A stretch of DNA of 64,000 nucleotides from Thermoplasmata archaeon. Lineage in GTDB: Archaea; Thermoplasmatota; Thermoplasmata; Lutacidiplasmatales; UBA184. The stretch lies in assembly GCA_022750195.1 (NCBI GenBank), contig JAKIWE010000001.1:244672-308671 (forward strand), in the 5' to 3' direction. A program made the position numbers and the translations under genes. Each line of letters starts with the position of its first letter. Position 1 is the first letter of the stretch. Shown here in pieces: positions 1 to 8,943 of the stretch. Under the pieces are notes generated by a model, which was not told the origin of the DNA, made no database searches, and saw only the letters and a list, made by a program, of their open reading frames with translations.

Positions 1-1
1 C

Positions 2-2062
2 GAGACCCAGTTCGTGGCGAGATTCTCGCCTCCTCCTTCGGCCGTGCGGTCGGTCGAGCAGTACTTCGCCGGGTACGGAGGCCATGGGTTCACGGTGACC
101 GGCGACCGTCTCGGCGTCTCCTTCGACGGGCCGTCGGGCGCGCTGGCCGAAGCCCTCGGGACCCACTTCGTACTCCTCGGTAGGACAGGAGCGCGACCTG
201 TCTACACGGCCTCGGAGGCCCCGACGTTGCCCGTAGCCTTCGGATCCCTCGTGGCCGGCGTCGGTGGCCTGAGCGACGTAGAAGAATCGTATCTTCGACT
301 GGCAGTGTCGTCGCACCTCCCGATGCCTCGGCCGGTGGGTCGATCGATCGAGCAGTACGTGGTCGACCCGAACAGCGGCGGCGAGTGGTTCCTAGGCTCC
401 GACTATGCCCAACTGCTCAACGATTCGTCGTTGTTCCCCGGCCGATCGACGCTGCCGAATGCGACCTTCGCCTCGCACGAGGCGGTCGCCACTATCCTGA
501 TGAGCGGTTTCAACGACACCACCCAGCAGGACCTGCCACCGTTCGATCCGGTCGCCGTCGAGCAGTACTTCAACGATACCTTCCCACCATCCTGGCCCCA
601 CCCGAACGTCTCGGGCGTGCCGGTGACGGTCGCCGGCGTAACGCCGCCGTCGCCCGGCTTCTACAACGGCGCGAACGACACGACCCTCGATGAGGAGGAG
701 AACTCGCTCGACCTCGAGATGGCCGGGAGCATGGCGCCCGGAGCGAGCGTCGTCAACTTCTACTTCGCCGCCAGCGTGTACGATGGCCAGAGCTCGACCG
801 CGACCGTCGGCTCGTTGGCCGACTACTTTGCGGCGGCCCTCGCGGCCGCCCTCGATCACAACTACTCCGGGGCTCGGCTCGCCGCCGTCACGAACTCCTA
901 CGGTCTCCCGGATCTCAACGACTCGCTCTGGGACATCGAGATGCTGCACGCTGAAGCGTTGGGCGTCACGGTCGTAGCGGCGAGCGGGGACCAGGGCGAC
1001 GCCCCAAACGAGGTCAGCGGCCGCTTCCAGGGCCAATGGCCGACCTGGCCCGGGACGGCGGCGTACAACGGCACCGGGACGCTGGCCATCGGTGGGGTGA
1101 GCCTCACCGCGACAGGACTGCCCGAAGGGTCGTTCGATGGGACCAACCTAACAGCGGGCTTCGACGGGAACATGACCGGGGTCTCCTCGCTCAGGACCTG
1201 GTACGAGACGCGGGCCGGCCCGGGCAATCTCTCGGGTTCGGAAGGCGGCGTGAGCAGCGAGTACCCTGAGCCGTACTGGCAGTTCCACTCGGCGGCGCAA
1301 CCGACGATCGCCAACGCCTCGGCCCAGGAGGGGGTGGGCGCTCTCGGGCGCTCCGAGCCCGACCTGGCGTTCCCGGCGAACGCCACGATCGCCTACGTGG
1401 CCCGAGACGTCTCGGGGACCTACTTCGACGTGCTGGAGGGGACCAGCGTCGCGTCGCCGCTCTTCGCCGGCATGCTCGCGGAGGCCGCGGCGGTCGCGGG
1501 CCATCCGTTCGGATTCCTCGACCCCGAACTGTACCGCATGGCGAGCTACTTCGCGGCGCACCCCGGTCCCATGGACCCGTTCGTGGACATCGCCTCGGGC
1601 TCGAACTTCATCTTCACGGCCGGACCCGGGTGGGACGCGACGACGGGTTGGGGACTACTCGACCCGGGCAAGTTCTTGGCGATCGAGAACGATTCGGCGG
1701 TACGGAACTACCAGTATACCGGACCTACCCCAGGGCTCCCGCCGGTGCCCCCCCCGATCCTACCCCCCCAAGGGGTGACGAGCGCGCTGTCGGCGGTCGT
1801 GCTCATCTTGGTCGGCCTCCTCGGTGCCGTCGTCGTGGTGGTCGTGATCCTCGTCGGCCGCCGGCCGAAGGTCGACGCCCCGCCCCCGTACCCCCCGTAC
1901 GGCACCTACGTGCCACCCCCGCCGGGGGCGACGGGCGGTTACGTCCCGCCTCCCCCGACCACGCACCCTTTCACGCCCGGCGGGTGGACGTTTGCTTGTC
2001 CCTACTGCGGTCGGATCCGGCCGGCCGAACCGGTCCCGTGCCCGTCCTGCGGACGGCTCTAA
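2..2062 (+). CDS. Secreted S53 (sedolisin/kumamolisin-like) serine peptidase, 5' end cut by the window edge; carries a C-terminal TM helix, Pro-rich linker and zinc ribbon
   Basis: Frame is open to the window start. N-terminal region resembles a pro-kumamolisin activation domain. SGDQGD and GTSVASPLFAGM motifs. About 16 N-x-S/T sequons. Hydrophobic ALSAVVLILVGLLGAVVVVVVILVG. Tail is CPYC-x10-CPSC. Confidence 0.8.
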   Translation, partial: ETQFVARFSPPPSAVRSVEQYFAGYGGHGFTVTGDRLGVSFDGPSGALAEALGTHFVLLGRTGARPVYTASEAPTLPVAFGSLVAGVGGLSDVEESYLRLAVSSHLPMPRPVGRSIEQYVVDPNSGGEWFLGSDYAQLLNDSSLFPGRSTLPNATFASHEAVATILMSGFNDTTQQDLPPFDPVAVEQYFNDTFPPSWPHPNVSGVPVTVAGVTPPSPGFYNGANDTTLDEEENSLDLEMAGSMAPGASVVNFYFAASVYDGQSSTATVGSLADYFAAALAAALDHNYSGARLAAVTNSYGLPDLNDSLWDIEMLHAEALGVTVVAASGDQGDAPNEVSGRFQGQWPTWPGTAAYNGTGTLAIGGVSLTATGLPEGSFDGTNLTAGFDGNMTGVSSLRTWYETRAGPGNLSGSEGGVSSEYPEPYWQFHSAAQPTIANASAQEGVGALGRSEPDLAFPANATIAYVARDVSGTYFDVLEGTSVASPLFAGMLAEAAAVAGHPFGFLDPELYRMASYFAAHPGPMDPFVDIASGSNFIFTAGPGWDATTGWGLLDPGKFLAIENDSAVRNYQYTGPTPGLPPVPPPILPPQGVTSALSAVVLILVGLLGAVVVVVVILVGRRPKVDAPPPYPPYGTYVPPPPGATGGYVPPPPTTHPFTPGGWTFACPYCGRIRPAEPVPCPSCGRL

Positions 2063-2685
2063 AGGGTCGACGAGCTCAGATCGTCGGACGTGCCGCTGAC
2101 CATCGCCGGGGTGGGCGAGACGTCGGCCGCCCCCTCGAGGACCGCCCCGTCGGGGGGCGTGGTCGAGGGAACGACGCCCAGTTTCTTCTCCAGGAACTGG
2201 CGGATCTCCTCCGGTCGCGTCGACGGGATGCCGAACTGCTCGGCGAACAGCCGCGTGGTGGTGAGCTCGAGCGTCGAGCCGTGCGGCTCGGTGCGGACGA
2301 GTCCCGCTGAGCGCAGCCGCTGGACCTCTTCGTAGACGACGTCGCCCAGCATCTTGGCGAGCACGCTCTGGAGCATCGGCTGGTGGTAGGCGATGAGCGT
2401 GAGCGTCTTCAGCGTCCGCGGCGCCATGTCGAGCGGGGTCACCACCCGCGCCCCGGCCACGAACGGTTCCCGGAGCTGGATCGCGTACCGGTCACCGACA
2501 CGCCGCACCTCGAGGGCCGTCTGCCGTCCGTCATACGCGGCGGTGAGCTGGCGAAGCGCCGCACCGATCGAGCGGGCGTCCGAAAGGCCCAGCGCGTCGC
2601 TTAGCTGCCGGACCGAGAGCGGTCGGCCGCTCGCGAACAGGAGAGCTTCGAGCTTGAGGACCAGGTCATCGACCTTCGAGGGCAT
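2059..2685 (-). CDS. scpB: Segregation and condensation protein B (ScpB)
   Basis: LEALLFASGRPLSVRQLSDALG winged-helix signature. Lies directly downstream of scpA and smc. Its stop overlaps the convergent peptidase stop (CTAA). Confidence 0.9.
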   Translation of the reverse strand: MPSKVDDLVLKLEALLFASGRPLSVRQLSDALGLSDARSIGAALRQLTAAYDGRQTALEVRRVGDRYAIQLREPFVAGARVVTPLDMAPRTLKTLTLIAYHQPMLQSVLAKMLGDVVYEEVQRLRSAGLVRTEPHGSTLELTTTRLFAEQFGIPSTRPEEIRQFLEKKLGVVPSTTPPDGAVLEGAADVSPTPAMVSGTSDDLSSSTL

Positions 2686-2691
2686 CTCGGC

Positions 2692-3636
2692 TCAGGCCTC
2701 CGGCACGGGTTCGGGCCGGCTCTCGGCCAGCCGGGTGACGAGAAGAGTGCTCTCGGAGAGCTTCTCCTGGTTGAGGTCGATGACCCGCTCGCGCGCGAGG
2801 AACAGGACCGCGAGGAACAACGCGACCAGGCGATCGCGCCCCTGAGCGGCGCGCCAGAGGCTGGTAAACTCGAAGGCCTCGCCGACGGGGTGCGAGCGAG
2901 CGGCCTCCCAGGCGTCGGCCAGGTCCTTCTCGGGTACATCTCCATGGACCAGGACCTCCGGCGAGGTGCGTTGCTCCTCCCGCAATCGGTTGCGAAGCTC
3001 GTCGACGCGGAGCGACTGGCGGGCCTCCCGCTCGGCCGCGCCGAACGCTTGCACGAGCTCGAGCAGGCTCACCGGACGTGTTTCGGGGTGGCGGACCATC
3101 TCGATGAGCGGCGGCGCCGATGTCCCGTCCAAGACCGCAGTCGTTACGTCCAGCGCCTCGGGGGTGGAGAGGTCGCCCAGGTACCCGTCGTCGAGCGGGT
3201 CGTCGACCGCGAGGGCCGGGTCCGGCGGGTGCTCGCGGTGCGCGAGGATCTCCCTCGATTGGAGGTTGAGGATGCTCCAGGCCATGTAGACGAGGCGACC
3301 GGTGACGGCGAAGTTGATCCCGCCGTCCTCCTTGAGCCGCTCGTAGTAGGCCTGGGTGAACTTCACGAGGTCGATCTCCCACGGGTCGAACTCCTCCTGC
3401 ATGACGAGCTCGAAGAGGAGCGCGGTCGCCTTCTGGTACGGGTCGGCGATGACGATATGGACGCCCTCCTTGAGGCCGCGGACCAGCGAAAGGTACCGCT
3501 CGAGGAGAGGACCGGGACCGTCCGTCTCGCCCAGGAGCGACCGGTGGAAGACCAGGTAGTCGAGCACGCGCTCGGCGGCCTCTCGGGGGACCGGCTCGGT
3601 GACGAGGCTTCGGGCCTCGGCGGCGGCGATCGTCAT
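2692..3636 (-). CDS. scpA: Segregation and condensation protein A (ScpA, kleisin)
   Basis: DPWEIDLVKFTQAYYERL motif. 4-nt overlap with the end of smc. Confidence 0.9.
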   Translation of the reverse strand: MTIAAAEARSLVTEPVPREAAERVLDYLVFHRSLLGETDGPGPLLERYLSLVRGLKEGVHIVIADPYQKATALLFELVMQEEFDPWEIDLVKFTQAYYERLKEDGGINFAVTGRLVYMAWSILNLQSREILAHREHPPDPALAVDDPLDDGYLGDLSTPEALDVTTAVLDGTSAPPLIEMVRHPETRPVSLLELVQAFGAAEREARQSLRVDELRNRLREEQRTSPEVLVHGDVPEKDLADAWEAARSHPVGEAFEFTSLWRAAQGRDRLVALFLAVLFLARERVIDLNQEKLSESTLLVTRLAESRPEPVPEA

Positions 3637-6600
3637 GCGGCCTCGGGGGCCAGAGCGACCTTCGGCTCGGGAAGCCGGTCGCGCTCATCGACGTCGACGA
3701 TCTCGTCGAGCTTGAGGCCGACGACGCGCGAGCAGCCGTCGCCGTGCATCGTCACCCCGAAGAGACGGTGAGCGAACTTCAGCGTAACTTTCCGGAGGGA
3801 GATCACGATGAACTGCGCCCGCTCGGCGTTCCGGCGGAGCAGCCGCCCGACGTTCTCGGCGTTGACCCCGTCCAACGACATGTCGACCTCGTCGAACACG
3901 TAGAGCGGGCTCGGGTCGTAGCGCTGGAGCGCGAAGATGAACGCAAGGCTCGCGAGCGACTTCTCGCCGCCGCTGAGCTGCTCGAGGCGCTGGACGTTCT
4001 TGCCGACCGGGCGAGCCTTGATGAGGAGCCCACCCGCGAGCGGGTCGTCCCCGCTCTCGAGCGCGATCTCGCCCTCGCCGCCGCCGGAGAGGTCGGCGTA
4101 GATCTCCCGGTAGGCGATGTTGATCGCGTCGACGACCTCGCTGATCTTCACGCGTTTGCGCTGCTCGACCTCGTGGACGAGACCCTCGAGCTCCGTCCGT
4201 TCGGTCGTGATCCGGTCGACCTCGCCGACGAACTCGTCGAGCCGGGACTTCTCCCCGTCATACTCCTCGATGGCGCGGAGATTGACCGAGCCCATTCCGT
4301 CGAGCTGGCTCGTAAGGCCCGCGATCGTCCGCTTGAGCTCGTCGAGGCTGAGCGGCTTTTCGTCGGGGGTCGGCGGCGGGAGCTCGGCGAGGGCGGACTC
4401 GACCTCCTTGAGGTGGAGCTCGGCGGTCGCCAAGCGCGTCGCCTCCTGCTGCTCCATCTGGCTCCTCGCGCGCACGGTCTCCTGGCCCCTGGCGAGCTGG
4501 TCCACGAGCTTGAGTCGGGCCTGTTCGAGCTTGGCGCGCTTTTCGACCTGGCCCTTCACGGCCTCGAGCTGCTGGGCTTCGACCACCCGTAGGGCGTCGA
4601 GCGCGTGGCGAGCCTCTTCCCGGTTCGCGGTGAGGCTCTTGAGGAGCTTCTCCTTCTCCGAGCGCAATCGCTCGGTCTCGGTGGACTCCTCCTTGGACCT
4701 CGAGAGCTCGGAGGCCGCTTGCTCGGCGGCGCTCTTCGCCGCTTCGACCTCGCGCGTTAGCCCCACGCGCTCTTCGGCGAGCTTCTCGCTCGTCTCCTGA
4801 AGGGCGCGCAGCTTTTTCGAGACCGTGCCCGGGAGGTGCCCCAAGTACTGTTCTTGCAACTTGGCGATCGCCTCCTTGGCCGCGGAGAGCTCGCCCGCGA
4901 GTTTTTCCGAGGCGGCCGTCGCAGTCGTCAGCCGTCGCTCGGCGGCCACGCGCGCCGCTTCGGCGGTGGTGATGCGTGCCTGGCTCTCCTTCGCGCGGTC
5001 GCGCGCCTGCGAGAGCTCCTTCTCGACGACCTTGAAGGCGGATTTGTCGGCCTCGTCGCGTGCCGAGCGCTTGGTGAGCTCCTCGCTGAGGTGACGGACC
5101 TTCTCCGTCAGATCCTGGAGCTCCGCGCGCGCATCGGTCTCGGCGGCGCTGCGTTCCCGAAGCTCGTCGCCCAGACGCTTGAGCTCGAGCGCGGAGTCGG
5201 CCCCGCGTCCCTTGTCCCCGATCTCGATGAAGCCGCCTGAGATCGCGCCGGTCGCCTCGATGAGGTCGCCCTGTAGCGTGACCAACCGTACCCCGCCCAT
5301 GGCGGTGCGGGCGTGGCCGAGGTCCTGCATGACCACGGTTTCTCCGAAGACGTACCAGAACGCCGGCTGGAGCTCGGCATCGTAGCTGACGAGGTCGAGG
5401 GCGAATCCGAGCGAACCGGCGGCCTTCGAGGCCACGAGCGATCGTCCGTGCGGACGGCCCGGCAGCATCTTGTTGAGGGGCAGGAAGGTTGCGCGACCCC
5501 GCTTCTCGGCGCGGAGAAGGCGGATGCACTCCTCGGCGACCTGGTCGGTCTCGACGACTAGGGCTTGGAACCGGCTGCCGGCGGCCAACTGGAGCGCGGT
5601 CTGATGCTCGGGGGAGAACTTGCAGAGCTCACCCACCGTCCCCCGGATGCCCGGGATCTTCCCGAGGTTCCGCTGCGAGAGCAGGAAATCGACGGCGGCG
5701 AGCGCTCCTCCGCCACCCCGGTCGGCACGCGCCTTGAGGCGCGCGTCGAGGGACATGTAGCGGCGGTTGAGTTCGAGGACTTCGAGGGCGTAGCGCTCCA
5801 CCTCTGCGGTGAGCTGGTTCTCCTTCGTCTTCGTCGCGAAGAACTCCTTCTGGAGGGCGGCCGTCGACTTCGGTTCGCCCCCGGGACCCTCCCGCGAGGG
5901 TTTGACCTGGAGCTCGAGGTCCTTGAGCTCCAGCTCCCGATTGCGATGATCGTCCTCGGCCTGGGCGAGTCCCTGCTCGGAGGTGGCGAGCCCCGCCTTC
6001 GCGGACTCGAGCTGTTGGACCGACTCTTGCCAGCCCTTCTGCAGCCCGTCGAGCTTCCGTTGGCCTTCCAGGATCTCCCGTCGCGTCCCGACGAGCTTTC
6101 CCTGGGATTGATCCGCAACGCCCGTGGCTTCCGCGAGCTCCTTCGAGCTCCGCTCCACCTCGGCCTCGACGGCGGTGAGCTTCGAAGCGAGCGTCCCGGC
6201 GGCGGAGGCGAGCCGGTCCGCGTCCTTGGTCAGCCGTGCGATCTCCGTCTGCAGAGTCTTTCCGCGCTCCTTCAGCCCGTCGAGCTCCTCCTCGGCCTGA
6301 CGAACGTTCTCGTCGAGGCGGGCGACGGTGATGCGGCGATTGTCCATGTCCTCCCTGAACTTCGCCGCCTCGGCGCCACCGCGCCGGGCGACCTCGGCGT
6401 CGAACGCCTCCTGGTCACTCTGAACCTTCTGGCTCTCGTTCTCGAGTCGGGCGGCCTCGGTCCGGAGCTTCTCGAGCTCCGCCCCGAGTTCCCGAAGACG
6501 CCGCTGGCAGGTCTCGACCTCCTGGCGGGCCAGAAGGTGGCCGGCGCGGGCGAGCTGGGCCTCGGCCCGTCGCTTCTGTTCCTGGACCTCTTTGAACTGG

Positions 6601-7256
6601 ATCGCCTGGAGCCGCTGGGATTCGAGGGCGCCGATGCGACTCCGGATCTCGGTGAGCAGCGTCTGGATCCGGTCGAGGTTCTGGCCCAACTCCGCGCGTT
6701 TCGTGTCCGCCCGGGAGAGCTCCTCGTCGTACTGGGAGATCCCGGCGAGCCGCTCGACGAGTCCGCGACGGGGGACCGGTCCCATTCCGACGATCCGGTT
6801 GACATCCCCCTGCTGGACGAGGTTGTAGCCGTCTCCCGAGAGGCGGGCGTGCGAGAGCACGGCGTCGATCTCCGTCTGGGTGCTCCGTCGGCCGTTGACA
6901 TAGAAGTAGGAGTAGTAGCCGTTCGGGTCGCTCGCGACCAGCTTGACGTATCGGGTCAGCTCGACTTCGTCCGACTCGACCGGGAGCATCCGGTCGGTGT
7001 TGTCGAAGACGAGCGCGACCTCGCACTCCGTCGCAGGTTTCTTCGACGATCCACCGTTGAAGAACAGGTGCGTGAGGCGGTCGGCCCGAAGCGCCTTCGA
7101 GCTCGGCGGACCTAGTACGAAGAGGATGGCGTCGGAAATGTTCGACTTGCCCATCCCGTTCGGGCCCGCAACGCCCGTGAACCCGGGCTGGAACGGGATG
7201 TCGGTCGTCCCCGCGAACGATTTGAAGTTCCGTAACCGAACTCGTTTGAGGTGCAT
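3633..7256 (-). CDS. smc: Chromosome segregation protein SMC
   Basis: 1207 aa. N-terminal Walker A FTGVAGPNGMGKSN, long coiled coils, hinge, C-terminal LSGGEKSLASLAF signature and Walker B LYVFDEVD. Confidence 0.97.
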   Translation of the reverse strand: MHLKRVRLRNFKSFAGTTDIPFQPGFTGVAGPNGMGKSNISDAILFVLGPPSSKALRADRLTHLFFNGGSSKKPATECEVALVFDNTDRMLPVESDEVELTRYVKLVASDPNGYYSYFYVNGRRSTQTEIDAVLSHARLSGDGYNLVQQGDVNRIVGMGPVPRRGLVERLAGISQYDEELSRADTKRAELGQNLDRIQTLLTEIRSRIGALESQRLQAIQFKEVQEQKRRAEAQLARAGHLLARQEVETCQRRLRELGAELEKLRTEAARLENESQKVQSDQEAFDAEVARRGGAEAAKFREDMDNRRITVARLDENVRQAEEELDGLKERGKTLQTEIARLTKDADRLASAAGTLASKLTAVEAEVERSSKELAEATGVADQSQGKLVGTRREILEGQRKLDGLQKGWQESVQQLESAKAGLATSEQGLAQAEDDHRNRELELKDLELQVKPSREGPGGEPKSTAALQKEFFATKTKENQLTAEVERYALEVLELNRRYMSLDARLKARADRGGGGALAAVDFLLSQRNLGKIPGIRGTVGELCKFSPEHQTALQLAAGSRFQALVVETDQVAEECIRLLRAEKRGRATFLPLNKMLPGRPHGRSLVASKAAGSLGFALDLVSYDAELQPAFWYVFGETVVMQDLGHARTAMGGVRLVTLQGDLIEATGAISGGFIEIGDKGRGADSALELKRLGDELRERSAAETDARAELQDLTEKVRHLSEELTKRSARDEADKSAFKVVEKELSQARDRAKESQARITTAEAARVAAERRLTTATAASEKLAGELSAAKEAIAKLQEQYLGHLPGTVSKKLRALQETSEKLAEERVGLTREVEAAKSAAEQAASELSRSKEESTETERLRSEKEKLLKSLTANREEARHALDALRVVEAQQLEAVKGQVEKRAKLEQARLKLVDQLARGQETVRARSQMEQQEATRLATAELHLKEVESALAELPPPTPDEKPLSLDELKRTIAGLTSQLDGMGSVNLRAIEEYDGEKSRLDEFVGEVDRITTERTELEGLVHEVEQRKRVKISEVVDAINIAYREIYADLSGGGEGEIALESGDDPLAGGLLIKARPVGKNVQRLEQLSGGEKSLASLAFIFALQRYDPSPLYVFDEVDMSLDGVNAENVGRLLRRNAERAQFIVISLRKVTLKFAHRLFGVTMHGDGCSRVVGLKLDEIVDVDERDRLPEPKVALAPEAA

Positions 7257-7350
7257 CGGTTCCTCCTCCTACCTGCGGGTGGCCGCCTGTCCGGCCGGCA
7301 CTGCCTGTTTGTCAGACAGATGTCAGCGGAAGTGTCCCACTCTGTCCGCC

Positions 7351-7365
7351 ATATTTAATCATATT
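7351..7365. promoter_or_regulatory. AT-rich TATA-like element (atatttaatcatatt) in the 513-bp gap upstream of smc
   Basis: Only strongly AT-rich stretch in the gap. Reads ATTAAATAT on the minus strand, about 95 nt upstream of the smc ATG. It could equally drive a plus-strand transcript. Confidence 0.3.
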
Positions 7366-7769
7366 CGCGCTGAGGAAGTGGACTGATCTCAGCCAGCGGA
7401 ACGTCGACCGTTCGGCTACAAGGTCCGAACGTGCGCGACCTTCTTGCCAGAACTTCGGCCCCGCACGCGGCCGATGCCTCCGGCCCAGCCCCGGCCTGCG
7501 AGCCGGACGACCGCTCCTCCGCCCGACGGGCGTAGGTGGTCGACGTACGTGATTCGGACATGGGAATCCGGGCGGGTGTTCGCGAAACTTCGCCCTCCTC
7601 CCCTGGCCGTCCAAGTTTCGAGCACTCGGGGGTTGCAACCAGCGAGCTCTCCGCGTCCGCCGAAAACGCTTATAGAGGGAAGCACGCTGGTCAGACGTAC
7701 AGATGCGCCGTTCGTCCCGCGGAGGGTAACCCCCCGCTAGTATCCCTCGAGTCCCTGCTGAGCCCATTC

Positions 7770-8312
7770 ATGGAACTTCTGGACACGATACGGGCGTACC
7801 GCCCTTGCCGTCAGTTCCAGCCGCGGCCGGTCCCGGCGGAAAAAATCAAGGGAGTCCTATCGGCGGCTCGCCTTGCCCCCTCGCAAAACAACCTGCAACC
7901 GTGGCGGTTCGTCGTCGTCCAGGACGATGAGCAGAAGCGACTGCTCGCCCAGGCGTGTGTCCGGGGAAAGCCGGTCTCGGAAGCACCCGTAGCGATCGTA
8001 GCGTTCTCCGTCGAGGAGGACCTCCCGGTGACCATCGGCGGGTACATCTCGGCGTACCCTCTAGACGTCGCCGTCGCGATCGATCATCTTCGGCTGGCCG
8101 CTACCTCCGAAGGATTGGGTACGAGCTGGATCGTCGATTTCCATGAGGACAAGATCCGGACGCTCCTCGGGGTGCCCGAGGGAATCCACCCGATCGCGGT
8201 GATTCCGATCGGGTTTCCTTCCGAGAACAACGGAGGGACGCACACCCCCGTCGCCCCCGAGGGCCGGAAGAGCCCCGACGAGATCATCGCGTACAACCGT
8301 TACGCCTGGTGA
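7770..8312 (+). CDS. Nitroreductase family protein
   Basis: MELLDTIRAYRPCRQF...LSAARLAPSQNNLQPWRFVVV signature. I chose the internal ATG at 7770 over the track start at 7536, whose N-terminal extension is low-complexity. Confidence 0.8.
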   Translation: MELLDTIRAYRPCRQFQPRPVPAEKIKGVLSAARLAPSQNNLQPWRFVVVQDDEQKRLLAQACVRGKPVSEAPVAIVAFSVEEDLPVTIGGYISAYPLDVAVAIDHLRLAATSEGLGTSWIVDFHEDKIRTLLGVPEGIHPIAVIPIGFPSENNGGTHTPVAPEGRKSPDEIIAYNRYAW

Positions 8313-8878
8313 TGGACCTCCGGTTTGTCTCGTCGAACGCCGACAAGTTTCGGGAAGCGAAGGCCGTCCTAGGGGGGTTGGGACTCCGGGCCAGTTGGGT
8401 CCGGCGGGAGCTTCCCGAGCCCCAGGCCGACGATCTGAGGAGCGTCGTCCGAGAGAAACTTCGGGCGGCAGCGGACATCTCGGGCACCGTGCTGGTGGAA
8501 GACTCGGGTCTGTTCCTCTCCGGGCTGCACGGTTTCCCCGGCGTCTACTCCGCCTACGTCCTCCGGACGATCGGGCTCGAGGGTATCCTTCGGCTGCTCC
8601 GGGGCCGACCACGGTCGGCCGTGTTCCGCACGGTGGCCGGAGTGGGTCGCGGCGGACATTGCTGGCTGTTCACCGGAGAAGTCAAGGGGATCATCGTCCC
8701 CCGTGCCCGCGGCTCGAACGGATTCGGTTACGACCCTATCTTTCGGGCGCAGGGATCGCGACGGACCTTCGCGGAGCTGGACCCGGCCGAGAAGAACGCC
8801 ATCTCGCACCGAGGCCAAGCGATTCACCGCGCCGGGGAGGCGCTCGTCGCGGGTCTAGGAAAAACGTCGAAAGATTGA
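8309..8878 (+). CDS. rdgB: Non-canonical purine NTP pyrophosphatase (Ham1/RdgB, ITPase)
   Basis: FVSSNADKFREA, GFGYDPIF and EKNAISHRGQA motifs. ATGA overlap with the upstream gene. Confidence 0.9.
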   Translation: MMDLRFVSSNADKFREAKAVLGGLGLRASWVRRELPEPQADDLRSVVREKLRAAADISGTVLVEDSGLFLSGLHGFPGVYSAYVLRTIGLEGILRLLRGRPRSAVFRTVAGVGRGGHCWLFTGEVKGIIVPRARGSNGFGYDPIFRAQGSRRTFAELDPAEKNAISHRGQAIHRAGEALVAGLGKTSKD

Positions 8879-8943
8879 ATCAGTGCCTCCAGGGGTCCGG
8901 CGGACCCCCAGAGGCGGGAAAGAGTTCGGGTCGGTCGAGCGCC

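Noticed and set aside
5565-7115. 516-aa plus-strand ORF antisense to smc. Similar long ORFs are 19012-21090 (692 aa), 23680-25776 (698 aa), 8395-10086 (563 aa), 61243-63024 (593 aa), 22595-23950 and 34984-36393.
   Set aside because: All lie opposite or out of frame to genes with unmistakable conserved motifs. Their products are Arg/Gly/Pro/Ala-rich low-complexity strings with no motifs. This is the expected stop-codon-poor artefact of high-GC DNA.
7375-7735. SRP RNA or RNase P RNA in the large smc-nitroreductase gap.
   Set aside because: On neither strand did I find the helix-8 GNAR-loop/AGCA motif context of SRP RNA, nor the GGAAAGUCC-type CR-I or ACAGAA CR-IV blocks of RNase P RNA. It is kept only as a low-interest flag pending cmscan.
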